From: Bdellovibrionales bacterium
GTDB lineage: Bacteria > Bdellovibrionota > UBA1018 > JADZFF01
Direction of reading: 5' to 3'
NCBI GenBank assembly: GCA_020850015.1
Contig: JADZFF010000012.1
Span: 8,994-72,993 of the forward strand
DNA: 64,000 nt
A model generated the notes under the pieces. That model was not told the DNA's origin and searched no databases. It saw nothing but the letters and a program-made list of their open reading frames with translations. Each line of letters begins with the position of its first letter. The first letter of the stretch is position 1. The position numbers were made by a program, and so were the translations under genes. Positions 31,608 to 40,765 of the stretch are shown in pieces.

Positions 31608-32296
31608 TTCCTACCCTCTTTTTTTTGCTGCGTGTCGCCCGACTCGGCGAGGCGCGCTTTCGCTTCCTTGGCCCATGTCGTGTCCGGATAGAGATCGAGT
31701 ATCTTTCGATATCTTGGCCCGGCGGACCCCGGAAAATCGCGGACGCGATAAAACTCCGCAATCTCGAACTCCTTTGAGGCCACTTTGTTCCGAAGCGTCT
31801 GAATCCGGCCCTTGGCCTCTTCCGAGCGCTTATCGTTCGGATACTTGCGGGTGAACTCCTGAAACGCGTCGAGCGCGCGAAAATCGGAAGTCAGATCGCG
31901 CGCGATGTTCTCAGGGGCGTCCATCGCGTAGGATTCGCCCACGCGAAACGTGGCATAGGGAGTGTCGTCATGCTTCGGGTGCAGATCGCGAAAACTCTCA
32001 TAGGCCTGCGCCGCCTCGGCGAAGCTCTCCTGAAGGTAGAGCACGTCGGCAATTCGCAGCTGAGCCTTCGAGGAGAATTTCGAGTACGGAAATTTGTGGC
32101 GGATTTTCCGAAGTTTCTCGAGCGCGATGAGGTACCGATCGTTCTCGATATCGTCTTCCGCATCCTCATACACGGATTGGGGGTCGTCCTCATTGACGGC
32201 CTTCCCGGAACATCCAACCACCGAACCGGCAGCCAGGATGAGCGACAGGCAGAGGATCAGATGAAGTCCAAGGCGCCAAGGGTTTCCAGACTGCAT
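31604..32296 (-). CDS. bamD: outer-membrane protein assembly factor BamD-like lipoprotein
   Basis: Lipobox (AAGSVVGCSG) and a BamD/YfiO-type TPR fold (HKFPYSKFSSKAQLRIADVLY... FTRKYPNDKRSEEAKGRI... LDLYPDTTWAKEAKARL). Confidence 0.65.
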   Translation of the reverse strand: MQSGNPWRLGLHLILCLSLILAAGSVVGCSGKAVNEDDPQSVYEDAEDDIENDRYLIALEKLRKIRHKFPYSKFSSKAQLRIADVLYLQESFAEAAQAYESFRDLHPKHDDTPYATFRVGESYAMDAPENIARDLTSDFRALDAFQEFTRKYPNDKRSEEAKGRIQTLRNKVASKEFEIAEFYRVRDFPGSAGPRYRKILDLYPDTTWAKEAKARLAESGDTQQKKEGRK

Positions 32297-32320
32297 GACT
32301 CTGGATTTAGACCATGCCGA

Positions 32321-33076
32321 TCACAAGAGCAACACGCTCTCCTGTGGAATCCAGCCGACCTCGTCTCCACCGAAGCGGACCTGAAGCCAGCGTCCCTGGG
32401 TCCCGTGCGCGTTTCTGCCCGTCGCCCGAACCTTGAAGCCCGCCTCTAGCGCCCCAATGCCCAGATAGTGCTCAGCCGGGCCGCTACGGATCACTTCCGA
32501 GCGAAGCAGGACCACGGGCGGGGTTGCGTCCCCCCAGGTCTTCGCTCCCAGAGCTATTCCGGCGAGCGAAACACCGGCCAAAGAGACCCATCCTGCAGAG
32601 AAGGTGAGTGCTGCGCGAAGGGAGCCCGCCTTGCGAAACACAAGGGCGAACCCCAATGCGCAAAACGCCAGCATTGCTCCAACGAGCGTCAAGAGTTGCC
32701 CCCAAGTCACCCGATCCGTGAGGGTTTGAAGGGGGGTGGTCGCGGGGTCGAGTCGGGATGCGCCATACTTTGCCGCGGCGATCCGCTGAGTCAGTCCAAG
32801 GTTGTGTTGGATATCGGCTTGAAGTGGTGCAAGACGCTCGGCCTTTAGGAAGTGCGCAAGAGCAAGCCCGGGTTGATTTGTCCGATAATAGAGAGTGCCC
32901 AGGTTAAAATAGTACTCGGCGGAACTCTCGGACTTCTCCTTCAGATGTTCGAGGGCGCGGTCGTACTCCTGGGAATCATAGAGCTTCCTGGCCTCTTCCC
33001 ATTGGCCCCAGCCCCCCGAATGTGCCTCGCCAGAGGCCAGCAGGAGGAGGAGTCCAATCCCACGAAGGAAGTTCAT
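32321..33076 (-). CDS. TPR plus SH3b-domain membrane protein
   Basis: Signal peptide, TPR repeats, an internal transmembrane helix and a C-terminal bacterial SH3-like segment (RWLQVRFGGDEVGWIPQESV). Confidence 0.5.
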   Translation of the reverse strand: MNFLRGIGLLLLLASGEAHSGGWGQWEEARKLYDSQEYDRALEHLKEKSESSAEYYFNLGTLYYRTNQPGLALAHFLKAERLAPLQADIQHNLGLTQRIAAAKYGASRLDPATTPLQTLTDRVTWGQLLTLVGAMLAFCALGFALVFRKAGSLRAALTFSAGWVSLAGVSLAGIALGAKTWGDATPPVVLLRSEVIRSGPAEHYLGIGALEAGFKVRATGRNAHGTQGRWLQVRFGGDEVGWIPQESVLLL

Positions 33077-33159
33077 GCCCCACCAGGATCGAGCGTGGCT
33101 CAGATCCTTGCAAGAAAAATAAGCGCGTGATATTCCTTCGGAATTCGGCGCGGGCCCAC

Positions 33160-34644
33160 ATGAGACGATTCACCGACGAGGCAAGAGACTTGATCCGTAT
33201 TCCATCCGTGAGCCTGGATGGAAACGAAGAAGCAGCCAACTGGGCCGCAGGACTCCTGCGTGAACGGGGCTTCAAGGTGAACATCAAGCAGGTGATGCAC
33301 TCTCATCCGCGGATTTCTCAACGCCAGTTCAACGTGATCGGCGTTCTCGGGAACCCGCTCGTGGAGAGAAAGATTCGAAAAGGCCTTCTCCTGGTTTCCC
33401 ACTTGGATACCGCAGATCCGGGCCACGCGGCCGCGTGGACCGAGTGCGGCGGAGATCCCTACAAGTTCGAGACCCGCGAGGATGCGTTTTATGGTCTGGG
33501 AACAGCGAACGCCAAAATAGACTTTCTGTGCCGGCTCCATGCGGCCCAGCGCTTTCGGGAGAGAAAACTGAAAGAGCCGGTATACGTCGTTGGAACCTCC
33601 GGCGCCGAGATCGGGATGCTTGGGGTCCGTTACCTGATCCAATCCCTGGCGGTGAATCCGCGATGGGTGCTCGTCAGCGCGCCGACGGACCTTGATGTGA
33701 TCCATGCGCACAAGTCGGCGCACTTGTTCAAGGTGTCGGTGCGATACCACGTCGTAGACCGAGACGCGAAGGGCTTCAATCGAAGGGTCAACCTGCATGC
33801 GTTCGGGCGGTCCGGACCGTCGGCCGTCCCGGATGATTCCGCCAACGCGCTCTCTCAGATCCTCAAGTTCATTGAGCGCGCGAACGAAAGCGGCTTCGAA
33901 ACGCGGCACACCCTCCTGTCCGGCGGGGCGCTGCTCAATCAGATCCCGGATCGCGCTTCCGCTGAGTTCTATCTCACTTCTCACCAGTTCGAGGATTTCA
34001 AGCGGTTCTTCCGCGACATCACCTCGGGGGAGCCAGAAGCACCGGCTCGTTTCGAGATCGAGCTCGGGGGCCTCGGCGACATGGGGATAGGGTTTCTTCC
34101 CGAAGTGCTTTTCGAGAGCCTGCTCGCGCTCGCGGCCTTCGTCAAAGAGCTCGCCGTAGGCATGGCCGACCGCAAGGATGAGGCATATGAGGTGCCCAAC
34201 GCCACGACCTCGCTGAGCACGGTGCGGCAGTCTCCCAACCTTACCGAGCTCTATTTCGACGTTCGCATGCTCCCCGGGACTTCGGAGAAGGTGCTGCTTG
34301 AAAGAGTCCGCCTGGGGATAGGCAAGCTTGCCGCGAAATATCCCGGCCTGAATGTCTCCGTGGATCTCGAAAGCTCTTCCCCGGAGCTAGACTTGCCCGC
34401 CGACCATCCGTGGGTCAAGACCTGCGCGGAAACGCTTGAGGCGGCGGGCGTGGTTTCCAAGACAAGAAAATCGTCCCTCAGCACAGAGGCGGGATATTTT
34501 TCGCGAAAAACCTACGACGTTGCCTGCTTCGGCCCCGGCGGCCTGGGGGGGGGCGTTTACGGCCCCAACGAGCACGTGCGTTTGGAGGACATTCAGAAGG
34601 CCACGCTCTTCTACGAGCAGCTCATCGAGAGGACCTGCATGTGA
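33160..34644 (+). CDS. M20-family metallohydrolase (ArgE/DapE/carboxypeptidase-like)
   Basis: Metal-ligand block LLVSHLDTADPG and the conserved C-terminus GPNEHVRLEDIQKATLFYEQLI. Start taken at ATG 33160; the upstream extension overlaps the convergent gene. Confidence 0.75.
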   Translation: MRRFTDEARDLIRIPSVSLDGNEEAANWAAGLLRERGFKVNIKQVMHSHPRISQRQFNVIGVLGNPLVERKIRKGLLLVSHLDTADPGHAAAWTECGGDPYKFETREDAFYGLGTANAKIDFLCRLHAAQRFRERKLKEPVYVVGTSGAEIGMLGVRYLIQSLAVNPRWVLVSAPTDLDVIHAHKSAHLFKVSVRYHVVDRDAKGFNRRVNLHAFGRSGPSAVPDDSANALSQILKFIERANESGFETRHTLLSGGALLNQIPDRASAEFYLTSHQFEDFKRFFRDITSGEPEAPARFEIELGGLGDMGIGFLPEVLFESLLALAAFVKELAVGMADRKDEAYEVPNATTSLSTVRQSPNLTELYFDVRMLPGTSEKVLLERVRLGIGKLAAKYPGLNVSVDLESSSPELDLPADHPWVKTCAETLEAAGVVSKTRKSSLSTEAGYFSRKTYDVACFGPGGLGGGVYGPNEHVRLEDIQKATLFYEQLIERTCM

Positions 34645-35681
34645 TCTTGCTCCGAGAGATTCAAGACAAGGATCTGCCGGCACTCGAGCGGTTTGCGCAG
34701 ATTCCCGGCCTCTTCAACCTCCCGGATGACCGGGACCAATTGAAGCAGAGGATCCATAAATCGCAACAGAGTTTTCTCGGCAAGGTGAAGGACCGTTCAG
34801 AAACGAAGTACATCTTCGTTGCTGAAGACACGGACGCCGGCGAAGTCATCGCCACTGCGATGATCGCCGGTCAGCATGGAACCGAGGGGGCCCCCCACTT
34901 CTATTTCCAGGTGGGTAGCGAGGAGAAGTTCTCCAAGACCATCAGCACAGGTTTTATCCACGGCACCCTGGATTTGAAGTGGGATACCGACGGTCCCTCG
35001 GAAGTGGGTGGCCTCGTGGTGGATGCCGGGGTGAGAAACACGGAAGAGCGGGTGGGGCGCCAGATTTCATTCGTGAGATTTCTTTTTCTGGGTCTCAATC
35101 GCCAGCTTTTCAAGAACCGGCTGATCGCGGAGCTGCTTCCGCCGCTCAACAAACGCGGCCAGTCCCCTCTCTGGGAGGCGATCGGCAGGCGGTTCACGAA
35201 CATGGATTACTGGGAGGCCGACCGCCTTTGCGGGCAGAACAAGGAATTCATACTTTCGCTCTTTCCGACAGGCAAGGTTTACACGACCTTTCTTTCGGCC
35301 GAGGCTCGGCATGCGATCGGAAAAGTGGGCGGCCAGACAACGCCCGTTTTCCATATGCTCACCAAGATTGGATTCAAGTACCAGGATCAGGTGGATCCCT
35401 TCGATGGCGGGCCCCATCTTTGGGTGAATATCGACGATCTGAAACCCCTGAAGGGGATCTCCGAGTATACTTTGGCTTCTCCAGAAACCGCGGCATTGGA
35501 GGGAGGGCAGGAAGGCCTGCTCTGTCCTGCAAAGCAAGGGTTGGGACGATTCAGAGCTGTGTCAGTCCGTGCTCTGGTCAAGGCCGGGGCCTTGGTGGTT
35601 CTCGGCGCCGAAGCCGACATCAAACTTGCCGCGCTCGAGCTTCGGGAAGGGGCACGAGCGGTGTTCATGCCCTATTACTGA
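34641..35681 (+). CDS. astA: arginine N-succinyltransferase
   Basis: Conserved AstA blocks WEAIGRRFTNMDYWEADRLCGQNKEFI and DPFDGGPHLWV. Confidence 0.8.
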   Translation: MILLREIQDKDLPALERFAQIPGLFNLPDDRDQLKQRIHKSQQSFLGKVKDRSETKYIFVAEDTDAGEVIATAMIAGQHGTEGAPHFYFQVGSEEKFSKTISTGFIHGTLDLKWDTDGPSEVGGLVVDAGVRNTEERVGRQISFVRFLFLGLNRQLFKNRLIAELLPPLNKRGQSPLWEAIGRRFTNMDYWEADRLCGQNKEFILSLFPTGKVYTTFLSAEARHAIGKVGGQTTPVFHMLTKIGFKYQDQVDPFDGGPHLWVNIDDLKPLKGISEYTLASPETAALEGGQEGLLCPAKQGLGRFRAVSVRALVKAGALVVLGAEADIKLAALELREGARAVFMPYY

Positions 35682-35694
35682 ATTGAGGTTTCCC

Positions 35695-37218
35695 ATGGTA
35701 TCGCCGAAGTTTCCGTTCGTGATCAAAGGGGATTATGTCGGAGGGGAGTTCCTCCTCGCGAAGGATCCCAACGGCGAGCTCAAGAGCGTAAGCCCCGCCG
35801 ACTCAAAGGACGTTCTGGGTTTGTACGCGTTTTGTTATGCAAACGTCGCTAGATCTGTTGAGCACGCTCAGCGCGCACTCAAGGGGTGGAAGCGCCTGGC
35901 GTCTGGCGATCGAGCCGCCTATCTGAAGAAGTACCAGGAGGCGCTGAAGCGCAACGCGGACCGACTGGCGGAGGCGATGGCGCGTGAGGTTGGGAAACCC
36001 GTCTGGGAGGCGAAGACCGAAGTCGCGGCCATGGTGAACAAAGTTGATGTCACGATCAACGACAGTGCCAAGCTGGTGGAAGGCGGAAAGTATCCTGGGA
36101 TCCTGCCAGGAGTGCTTGGCGTGACCCGCTACAAACCCCTTGGCGTCATGGCGGTGGTTGGCCCGTTCAACTTTCCCGGCCACCTCGCGAACGGCCACAT
36201 CGTGCCCGCTCTCTTCACCGGAAATACGGTGATCTTCAAACCGTCGGAGAAGAGCCCGATGGTGGGCCAGATCATGGCGGAGTGTTTCGAGGAGGCTGGG
36301 CTTCCCTCCGGCGTTTTCAATCTTGTGCAGGGCGAGAAAGAGGTGGGGAGGCGTCTTGCGGTGCACGAGGGTGTCGCCGGTGTTTTGTTCACGGGATCCT
36401 ACGAGGTGGGAACTCGAATCAAGCAGGACACCCTTCAGCAGCACTGGAAGCTGCTTGCGCTCGAGATGGGGGGTAAGAACTCAGCCATCATCTGGAAAGA
36501 CGCGAACCTTCTGGAGGCGGTCCGGGAATGTCTGGTGGGGGCGTTCATTACCTGTGGACAGCGCTGTAGCGCGACGAGCCGGGTGCTCGTTCACCGCGAG
36601 ATCCACGACGCTTTCGTTACGGCGCTTCACGACCGTGCGAAGTCCTTCAAGATCGGGCATCCTTTCGAGGACCCGTTCATGGGACCCATCATCGACAGTG
36701 GCTCGATGGATCGTTACATGAAATTCCAGGGCATTGCCGCCCGCGAGGGCTGTGAGATCTTGATGAGAGGAAAGGCGCTCGACGTCGGTTACCTGGGTAA
36801 CTACGTTTCCCCTTCGATCTGCCTGGTGAAGGATGCATCTGTAGCCGCCGCGAGGAAAAGCGTTTACCAGCAGACGGAGCTTTTCGGCCCGAATCTCGCC
36901 GTTATCCCGGTGGACGATCTTGATCATGCGGTAGAGCTGGCGAACTGCACGCAGTACGGGCTGGCGGCCAGCGTATTTACGCGGGACCCCGAGGTATACG
37001 AGCGATGTGCGCTGGATCTCGAGGTGGGAGTTCTGAACCTCAATCGCGCCACCGTGGGAGCCTCTTCTAAGCTGCCGTTTGGCGGAGTCAAGAAAAGCGG
37101 AAATCACTTTCCCACCGCGCTGCCTTCCACGTTGTATTGCACGTATCCGGTGGCTTCCCTGGAGGCCCCGGCCGATGGCCCTGAGCCAGCGAAGTATCCC
37201 GGCCTAAACTGGGCTTGA
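35695..37218 (+). CDS. astD: succinylglutamate-semialdehyde dehydrogenase (aldehyde dehydrogenase family)
   Basis: Aldehyde-dehydrogenase catalytic blocks ELGGKNSAII and TCGQRCSA. Directly downstream of astA. Internal ATG start 35695. Confidence 0.8.
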   Translation: MVSPKFPFVIKGDYVGGEFLLAKDPNGELKSVSPADSKDVLGLYAFCYANVARSVEHAQRALKGWKRLASGDRAAYLKKYQEALKRNADRLAEAMAREVGKPVWEAKTEVAAMVNKVDVTINDSAKLVEGGKYPGILPGVLGVTRYKPLGVMAVVGPFNFPGHLANGHIVPALFTGNTVIFKPSEKSPMVGQIMAECFEEAGLPSGVFNLVQGEKEVGRRLAVHEGVAGVLFTGSYEVGTRIKQDTLQQHWKLLALEMGGKNSAIIWKDANLLEAVRECLVGAFITCGQRCSATSRVLVHREIHDAFVTALHDRAKSFKIGHPFEDPFMGPIIDSGSMDRYMKFQGIAAREGCEILMRGKALDVGYLGNYVSPSICLVKDASVAAARKSVYQQTELFGPNLAVIPVDDLDHAVELANCTQYGLAASVFTRDPEVYERCALDLEVGVLNLNRATVGASSKLPFGGVKKSGNHFPTALPSTLYCTYPVASLEAPADGPEPAKYPGLNWA

Positions 37219-37235
37219 TGGCGAGAGGTCGTTCG

Positions 37236-38039
37236 ATGAGCAGAGAATCAAAGGGAGTCGCTCTGGTCACGGGAGCCTCGGTGGGGTTGGGAGAGCACTT
37301 CGCCCGCCTGTTCGCGGAAAATGGCCATGACCTGGTGTTGGTGGCTCGAAGCCGAGACCGCCTTGAAGCGCTGGCCGCCGAGCTCCGGGCTGAACATCGT
37401 GTTCAAGCGTGGGTGGTGCCCGCCGACCTTTCCCGCGCGGACTCCGCTCAGGCCGTGTTCGATGAGGTCAAGGAGAAGGGGCTGAGGATAGAATTTCTGG
37501 TGAATAACGCGGGGTTCGGTACGAACGGCGCATTTCTCGATCTTCCGCTCGAAAAGGAAGTCGAGATGATCGATCTGAACTGCACGACGCTCGTGCGGCT
37601 TACGCACCTTTTCGCGAACGGGATGAGGGCGCGTGGACGGGGCAGGGTGATGAACATCGCCTCGACGGCGGGATTCCAGCCGGGGCCTTATATGGCCACG
37701 TACTTCGCCACGAAAGCCTTCGTGATCTCGTTTACTGAGGCGATCGCCCATGAGTTGAAGGGCACCGGAGTAACGGTAACCTGCTACTGCCCGGGAGCGA
37801 CGCGCACCGAGTTCGGCGCCCGCTCCGGAAACGACAAGAGCCGGCTTTTTCAACGCAGGTTTGGTGTTGCGGAGGCCGCTGACGTGGCCGCTGACGCCTA
37901 TGCCGCCATGATGAGCGGACGGGTTCTCGCGATTCATGGGGTGATGAACGGCGTGATGGCCAAACTTTCGGGCATGAGCCCGAGGCTGTTGGCTCGCACT
38001 ATCGCCTCGTCATTGAATCAGGTGCCCGGGGCGAAGTAG
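37236..38039 (+). CDS. SDR-family short-chain dehydrogenase/reductase
   Basis: TGASVGLG Rossmann motif, NNAG, and the catalytic YxxxK (YFATKAF). Confidence 0.8.
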   Translation: MSRESKGVALVTGASVGLGEHFARLFAENGHDLVLVARSRDRLEALAAELRAEHRVQAWVVPADLSRADSAQAVFDEVKEKGLRIEFLVNNAGFGTNGAFLDLPLEKEVEMIDLNCTTLVRLTHLFANGMRARGRGRVMNIASTAGFQPGPYMATYFATKAFVISFTEAIAHELKGTGVTVTCYCPGATRTEFGARSGNDKSRLFQRRFGVAEAADVAADAYAAMMSGRVLAIHGVMNGVMAKLSGMSPRLLARTIASSLNQVPGAK

Positions 38040-38051
38040 CTGGCCAAACGG

Positions 38052-38093
38052 CATCGGGCCTCGAACCCGCTTTCGCTAGTTCGAGGCCCGATG
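38052..38093. terminator. perfect 15-bp inverted repeat hairpin between convergent genes (candidate bidirectional terminator)
   Basis: CATCGGGCCTCGAAC-12 nt loop-GTTCGAGGCCCGATG, lying between the SDR stop (38039) and the convergent gene stop (38120). Confidence 0.55.
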
Positions 38094-38119
38094 AGGGTTC
38101 TTGAAATGCCGTTGACGGC

Positions 38120-39613
38120 TCAGATGCTCGCCATCGGCGGGGCCGAAGGCATGATCGGGAGCCCGTGGGCCTGCATCGTCAGGGTGGCCAGCGGGTCGGT
38201 GGCCATCATTCCGTTGGGCACGCCGCCCATCGCAGGGAGGCCGGGCATCCCTGGGGCGGCCGTTGAAAGGGCGCTCCCCATCAGGAAGGGATTTCCGGGG
38301 GTTCCGCCGGGCGTGCCGAAGGGGCTTGCCGATCCACCTCCGCCGCTGATGGCGCCGAACACGCGCTGCTGCATTTGCTGGCGTTGCGTTATGACCTGCT
38401 GAATCTGGGCGGGAGCGGACCGAAGGGCGGTTCCCGCCGTGTAACAGGCGTTCCAATCCGGATTCCAGCCGTTGCATGCGTTCCAGGCGCGCTCGTTGAG
38501 GCCCTGCATCATGGAGTTATAGGCCGGGGCGCAGCTGAAGGCGTCGCCGCCGTTGCAGTGGAAGGCGGTCTCGGCGATCTCCAGGTCCTGCACGTAACCC
38601 TGCACGCGGCCGCGGTTCGCCTCATCAAGACCGGAGAGCTCAAGCGCGTCCTCGAGCGTGGCTCGGGCATCCGCGAAGCTGTCCTCGGTGACCTCGCGCT
38701 GCCGGACATACCGCATCGCCACAGTCCGCATGATGTGAGCGGCCGCGAGAGCGTAGCGAGAGTTCTCGGAATGCGATTCCGCGAAGGCGAGTGCCTGTTC
38801 GCGGACTTCGTCGAGCTCATCGACCTCGCCCCGTTGAGCACGGACCTGAAGGAGTCGGAGGTACTGGCGGTCCAGCTCCTCGTTCATCCGGCGGAATGCG
38901 GGCTCCTCGATTTCGCCCTCGCTCAGAAGGCCGCGAAGGGCGCGCCGGGCGATCGGGAGATCCTCAAAATCGCGGCGGCATTCGCGCACGTCACGGCGAT
39001 ACCGGGCAATCAGGCGATCGTGGCCTTCGTCCCGGGCGCGGGCGCGCTCCGTCTCCACGTCGGCGAGGCTGCGAAAGCGAATCGAGGGCGTGAAGCCCCG
39101 GCAGGTTTCCGTGCGCCTGCGGGGATCGTTGGCATCCATGTTGGTGTTAACGGACCGGGTCACCAGGCAGAGCTCGCCAGAGGCGTCGGCCGGCACGGTC
39201 AGGGTAGGCACTACCTCCGAAAGCGAAAGACACCGATCGGCATGGCCTTCGATGTTGTTGCACTCACGCGTCCGCTGGGTAGCGGCGCACTCACGGCCGC
39301 GATTGCCGTGGTCGAATACTTCCCAGCCGGGTTGGCCGGAGGCCGCGCGGGTGGTGCGAACCGTAAAATGCCTCCAGCAGGCTTCGGGAACCCGTCCGAA
39401 GAGCCTCGCGGTGCGTCCCGCCGCGTCTCCGGAGGCGCTGAACTCCCGAACAACTTGATTAAGTTCGTCGTAGGAGATCGCCACGTGCTCCGGGGTCGGA
39501 GGACTGGGGTGAGTGACCTCACCGCTTGCCACGGTGGGAATCAGGTTCATGAGAACGACCAAGCCAATGGCCGTATGTTTCGAATTTTTCATTGCCGCTA
39601 CTCCTTGTTCCAC
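38120..39613 (-). CDS. secreted hypothetical protein: Cys-containing N-domain, helical middle, Gly/Pro/Met-rich C-terminal tail
   Basis: 497-aa ORF with a signal peptide (KHTAIGLVVLMNLIPTVASG), several Cys in the N-terminal half, and the tail GGGGSASPFGTPGGTPGNPFLMGS...MPGLPAMGGVPNGMM. No recognisable domain. Confidence 0.55.
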   Translation of the reverse strand: MEQGVAAMKNSKHTAIGLVVLMNLIPTVASGEVTHPSPPTPEHVAISYDELNQVVREFSASGDAAGRTARLFGRVPEACWRHFTVRTTRAASGQPGWEVFDHGNRGRECAATQRTRECNNIEGHADRCLSLSEVVPTLTVPADASGELCLVTRSVNTNMDANDPRRRTETCRGFTPSIRFRSLADVETERARARDEGHDRLIARYRRDVRECRRDFEDLPIARRALRGLLSEGEIEEPAFRRMNEELDRQYLRLLQVRAQRGEVDELDEVREQALAFAESHSENSRYALAAAHIMRTVAMRYVRQREVTEDSFADARATLEDALELSGLDEANRGRVQGYVQDLEIAETAFHCNGGDAFSCAPAYNSMMQGLNERAWNACNGWNPDWNACYTAGTALRSAPAQIQQVITQRQQMQQRVFGAISGGGGSASPFGTPGGTPGNPFLMGSALSTAAPGMPGLPAMGGVPNGMMATDPLATLTMQAHGLPIMPSAPPMASI

Positions 39614-39744
39614 TCAGCTTCCACTTCAACTTCCGCTTTCGCGGATACCGCATCAGCACGTCGCTCTCGTAGCGCGGGCTTCTCTCTCGGGGGAAGGAAG
39701 AGCAAGGCATGGGCCAGCTGGGGCCACAATGCGACCAATAAAAA

Positions 39745-39765
39745 AGGCTGAAATAACAGCAGCCT
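39745..39765 (-). terminator. minus-strand intrinsic terminator-like hairpin plus U-tract in a divergent intergenic region
   Basis: On the minus strand this reads AGGCTG-CTGTTATTT-CAGCCT followed by TTTTTTATT. No minus-strand CDS lies upstream of it. Confidence 0.4.
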
Positions 39766-39856
39766 AGTTGCTACATCCCTATCGGGCGTGATTTGGGCCT
39801 GTCGTGCCTGACACAGGGTTGTCCAGGCTTTCGACAGCGCGTACCTTGGGTGGATC

Positions 39857-40765
39857 ATGAGCGAGCGGGTTGCCATCGTGGGCCGATTCACCGAGCGGGC
39901 ACGCATCCAGGCCTGCCTCCATGTCGGCAGGAATGTGCTCCTTGAAGGACCGGTGGGCGTGGGCAAGACAGTGCTCGCGCTGGATATCGCTCACGAAAGC
40001 GGCAGGCCCGTACATCGGGTCGACGGAGATAGCCGCTATACAGAACAGAAGCTGACGGGGGGATTTGATCCCCCGGTGGTGGTGAAACAGGGCTATTCCG
40101 AGGCGTCGTTCCTGCCCGGCCCGCTGGTGCAGGCGATGCGCGAAGGGGGAATTCTCCTTCTCAATGAGCTCAATCGATTTCCAGAAGGGGTGCAAAACAT
40201 CCTCCTTCCGGCGGTGGACGAGCGTCGCGTTCTCATCCCGAGATTGGGCGAGGTGGTGGCTCATCCCTCATTCAGAGTCATCGCCACCCAGAACCCAAGG
40301 GAATACGTCGCGACCTCGCATCTCAGCGAGGCCATTCTCGACCGCTTCGAGCTCGTGACCCTGGGTTACCAATCGGCAGATGAAGAGCTCAGCATCACTT
40401 CGGAACGTGTCGCGGCAAGATTCAAGGTGGTCGATCAGGGGATCTGCGAGAGGGCGGTGAGCTTGGCCAGGGAGACGCGCGGCCATCCTCGGGTGCGGCG
40501 TGGGGCCTCGGTTCGGGGAGCGATCGCCGTGGCGGAGATCGCTCACGCCCTTCTGGAGCGTGGAGTGGCGCAGTCGGCCGAGGACGCGCTTTTTCAGGCG
40601 GCTCAGATCGGGCTCGCGAACCGGGTGGATCTCCTGCCGGATCTGACGGAAACACAGGGGAAAGACCCACTCAAGCAGCTCCTGGATGAGTGGTTGAAAT
40701 CCGGCTCAAGCGCTTCCGAACCCATGAAGGGCGAGGGACCGGTGGAAAAAAAAAAGAGCCGCTGA
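39857..40765 (+). CDS. MoxR-family AAA+ ATPase
   Basis: Walker A GPVGVGKT, Walker B LLLNELNRF, and sensor blocks VIATQNP and AILDRF. Confidence 0.85.
   Translation: MSERVAIVGRFTERARIQACLHVGRNVLLEGPVGVGKTVLALDIAHESGRPVHRVDGDSRYTEQKLTGGFDPPVVVKQGYSEASFLPGPLVQAMREGGILLLNELNRFPEGVQNILLPAVDERRVLIPRLGEVVAHPSFRVIATQNPREYVATSHLSEAILDRFELVTLGYQSADEELSITSERVAARFKVVDQGICERAVSLARETRGHPRVRRGASVRGAIAVAEIAHALLERGVAQSAEDALFQAAQIGLANRVDLLPDLTETQGKDPLKQLLDEWLKSGSSASEPMKGEGPVEKKKSR

Noticed and set aside
33022-33159. N-terminal extension of the M20 peptidase ORF
   Set aside because: It overlaps the end of the convergent minus-strand TPR/SH3b gene. The internal ATG 33160 gives a normal M20 N-terminus.
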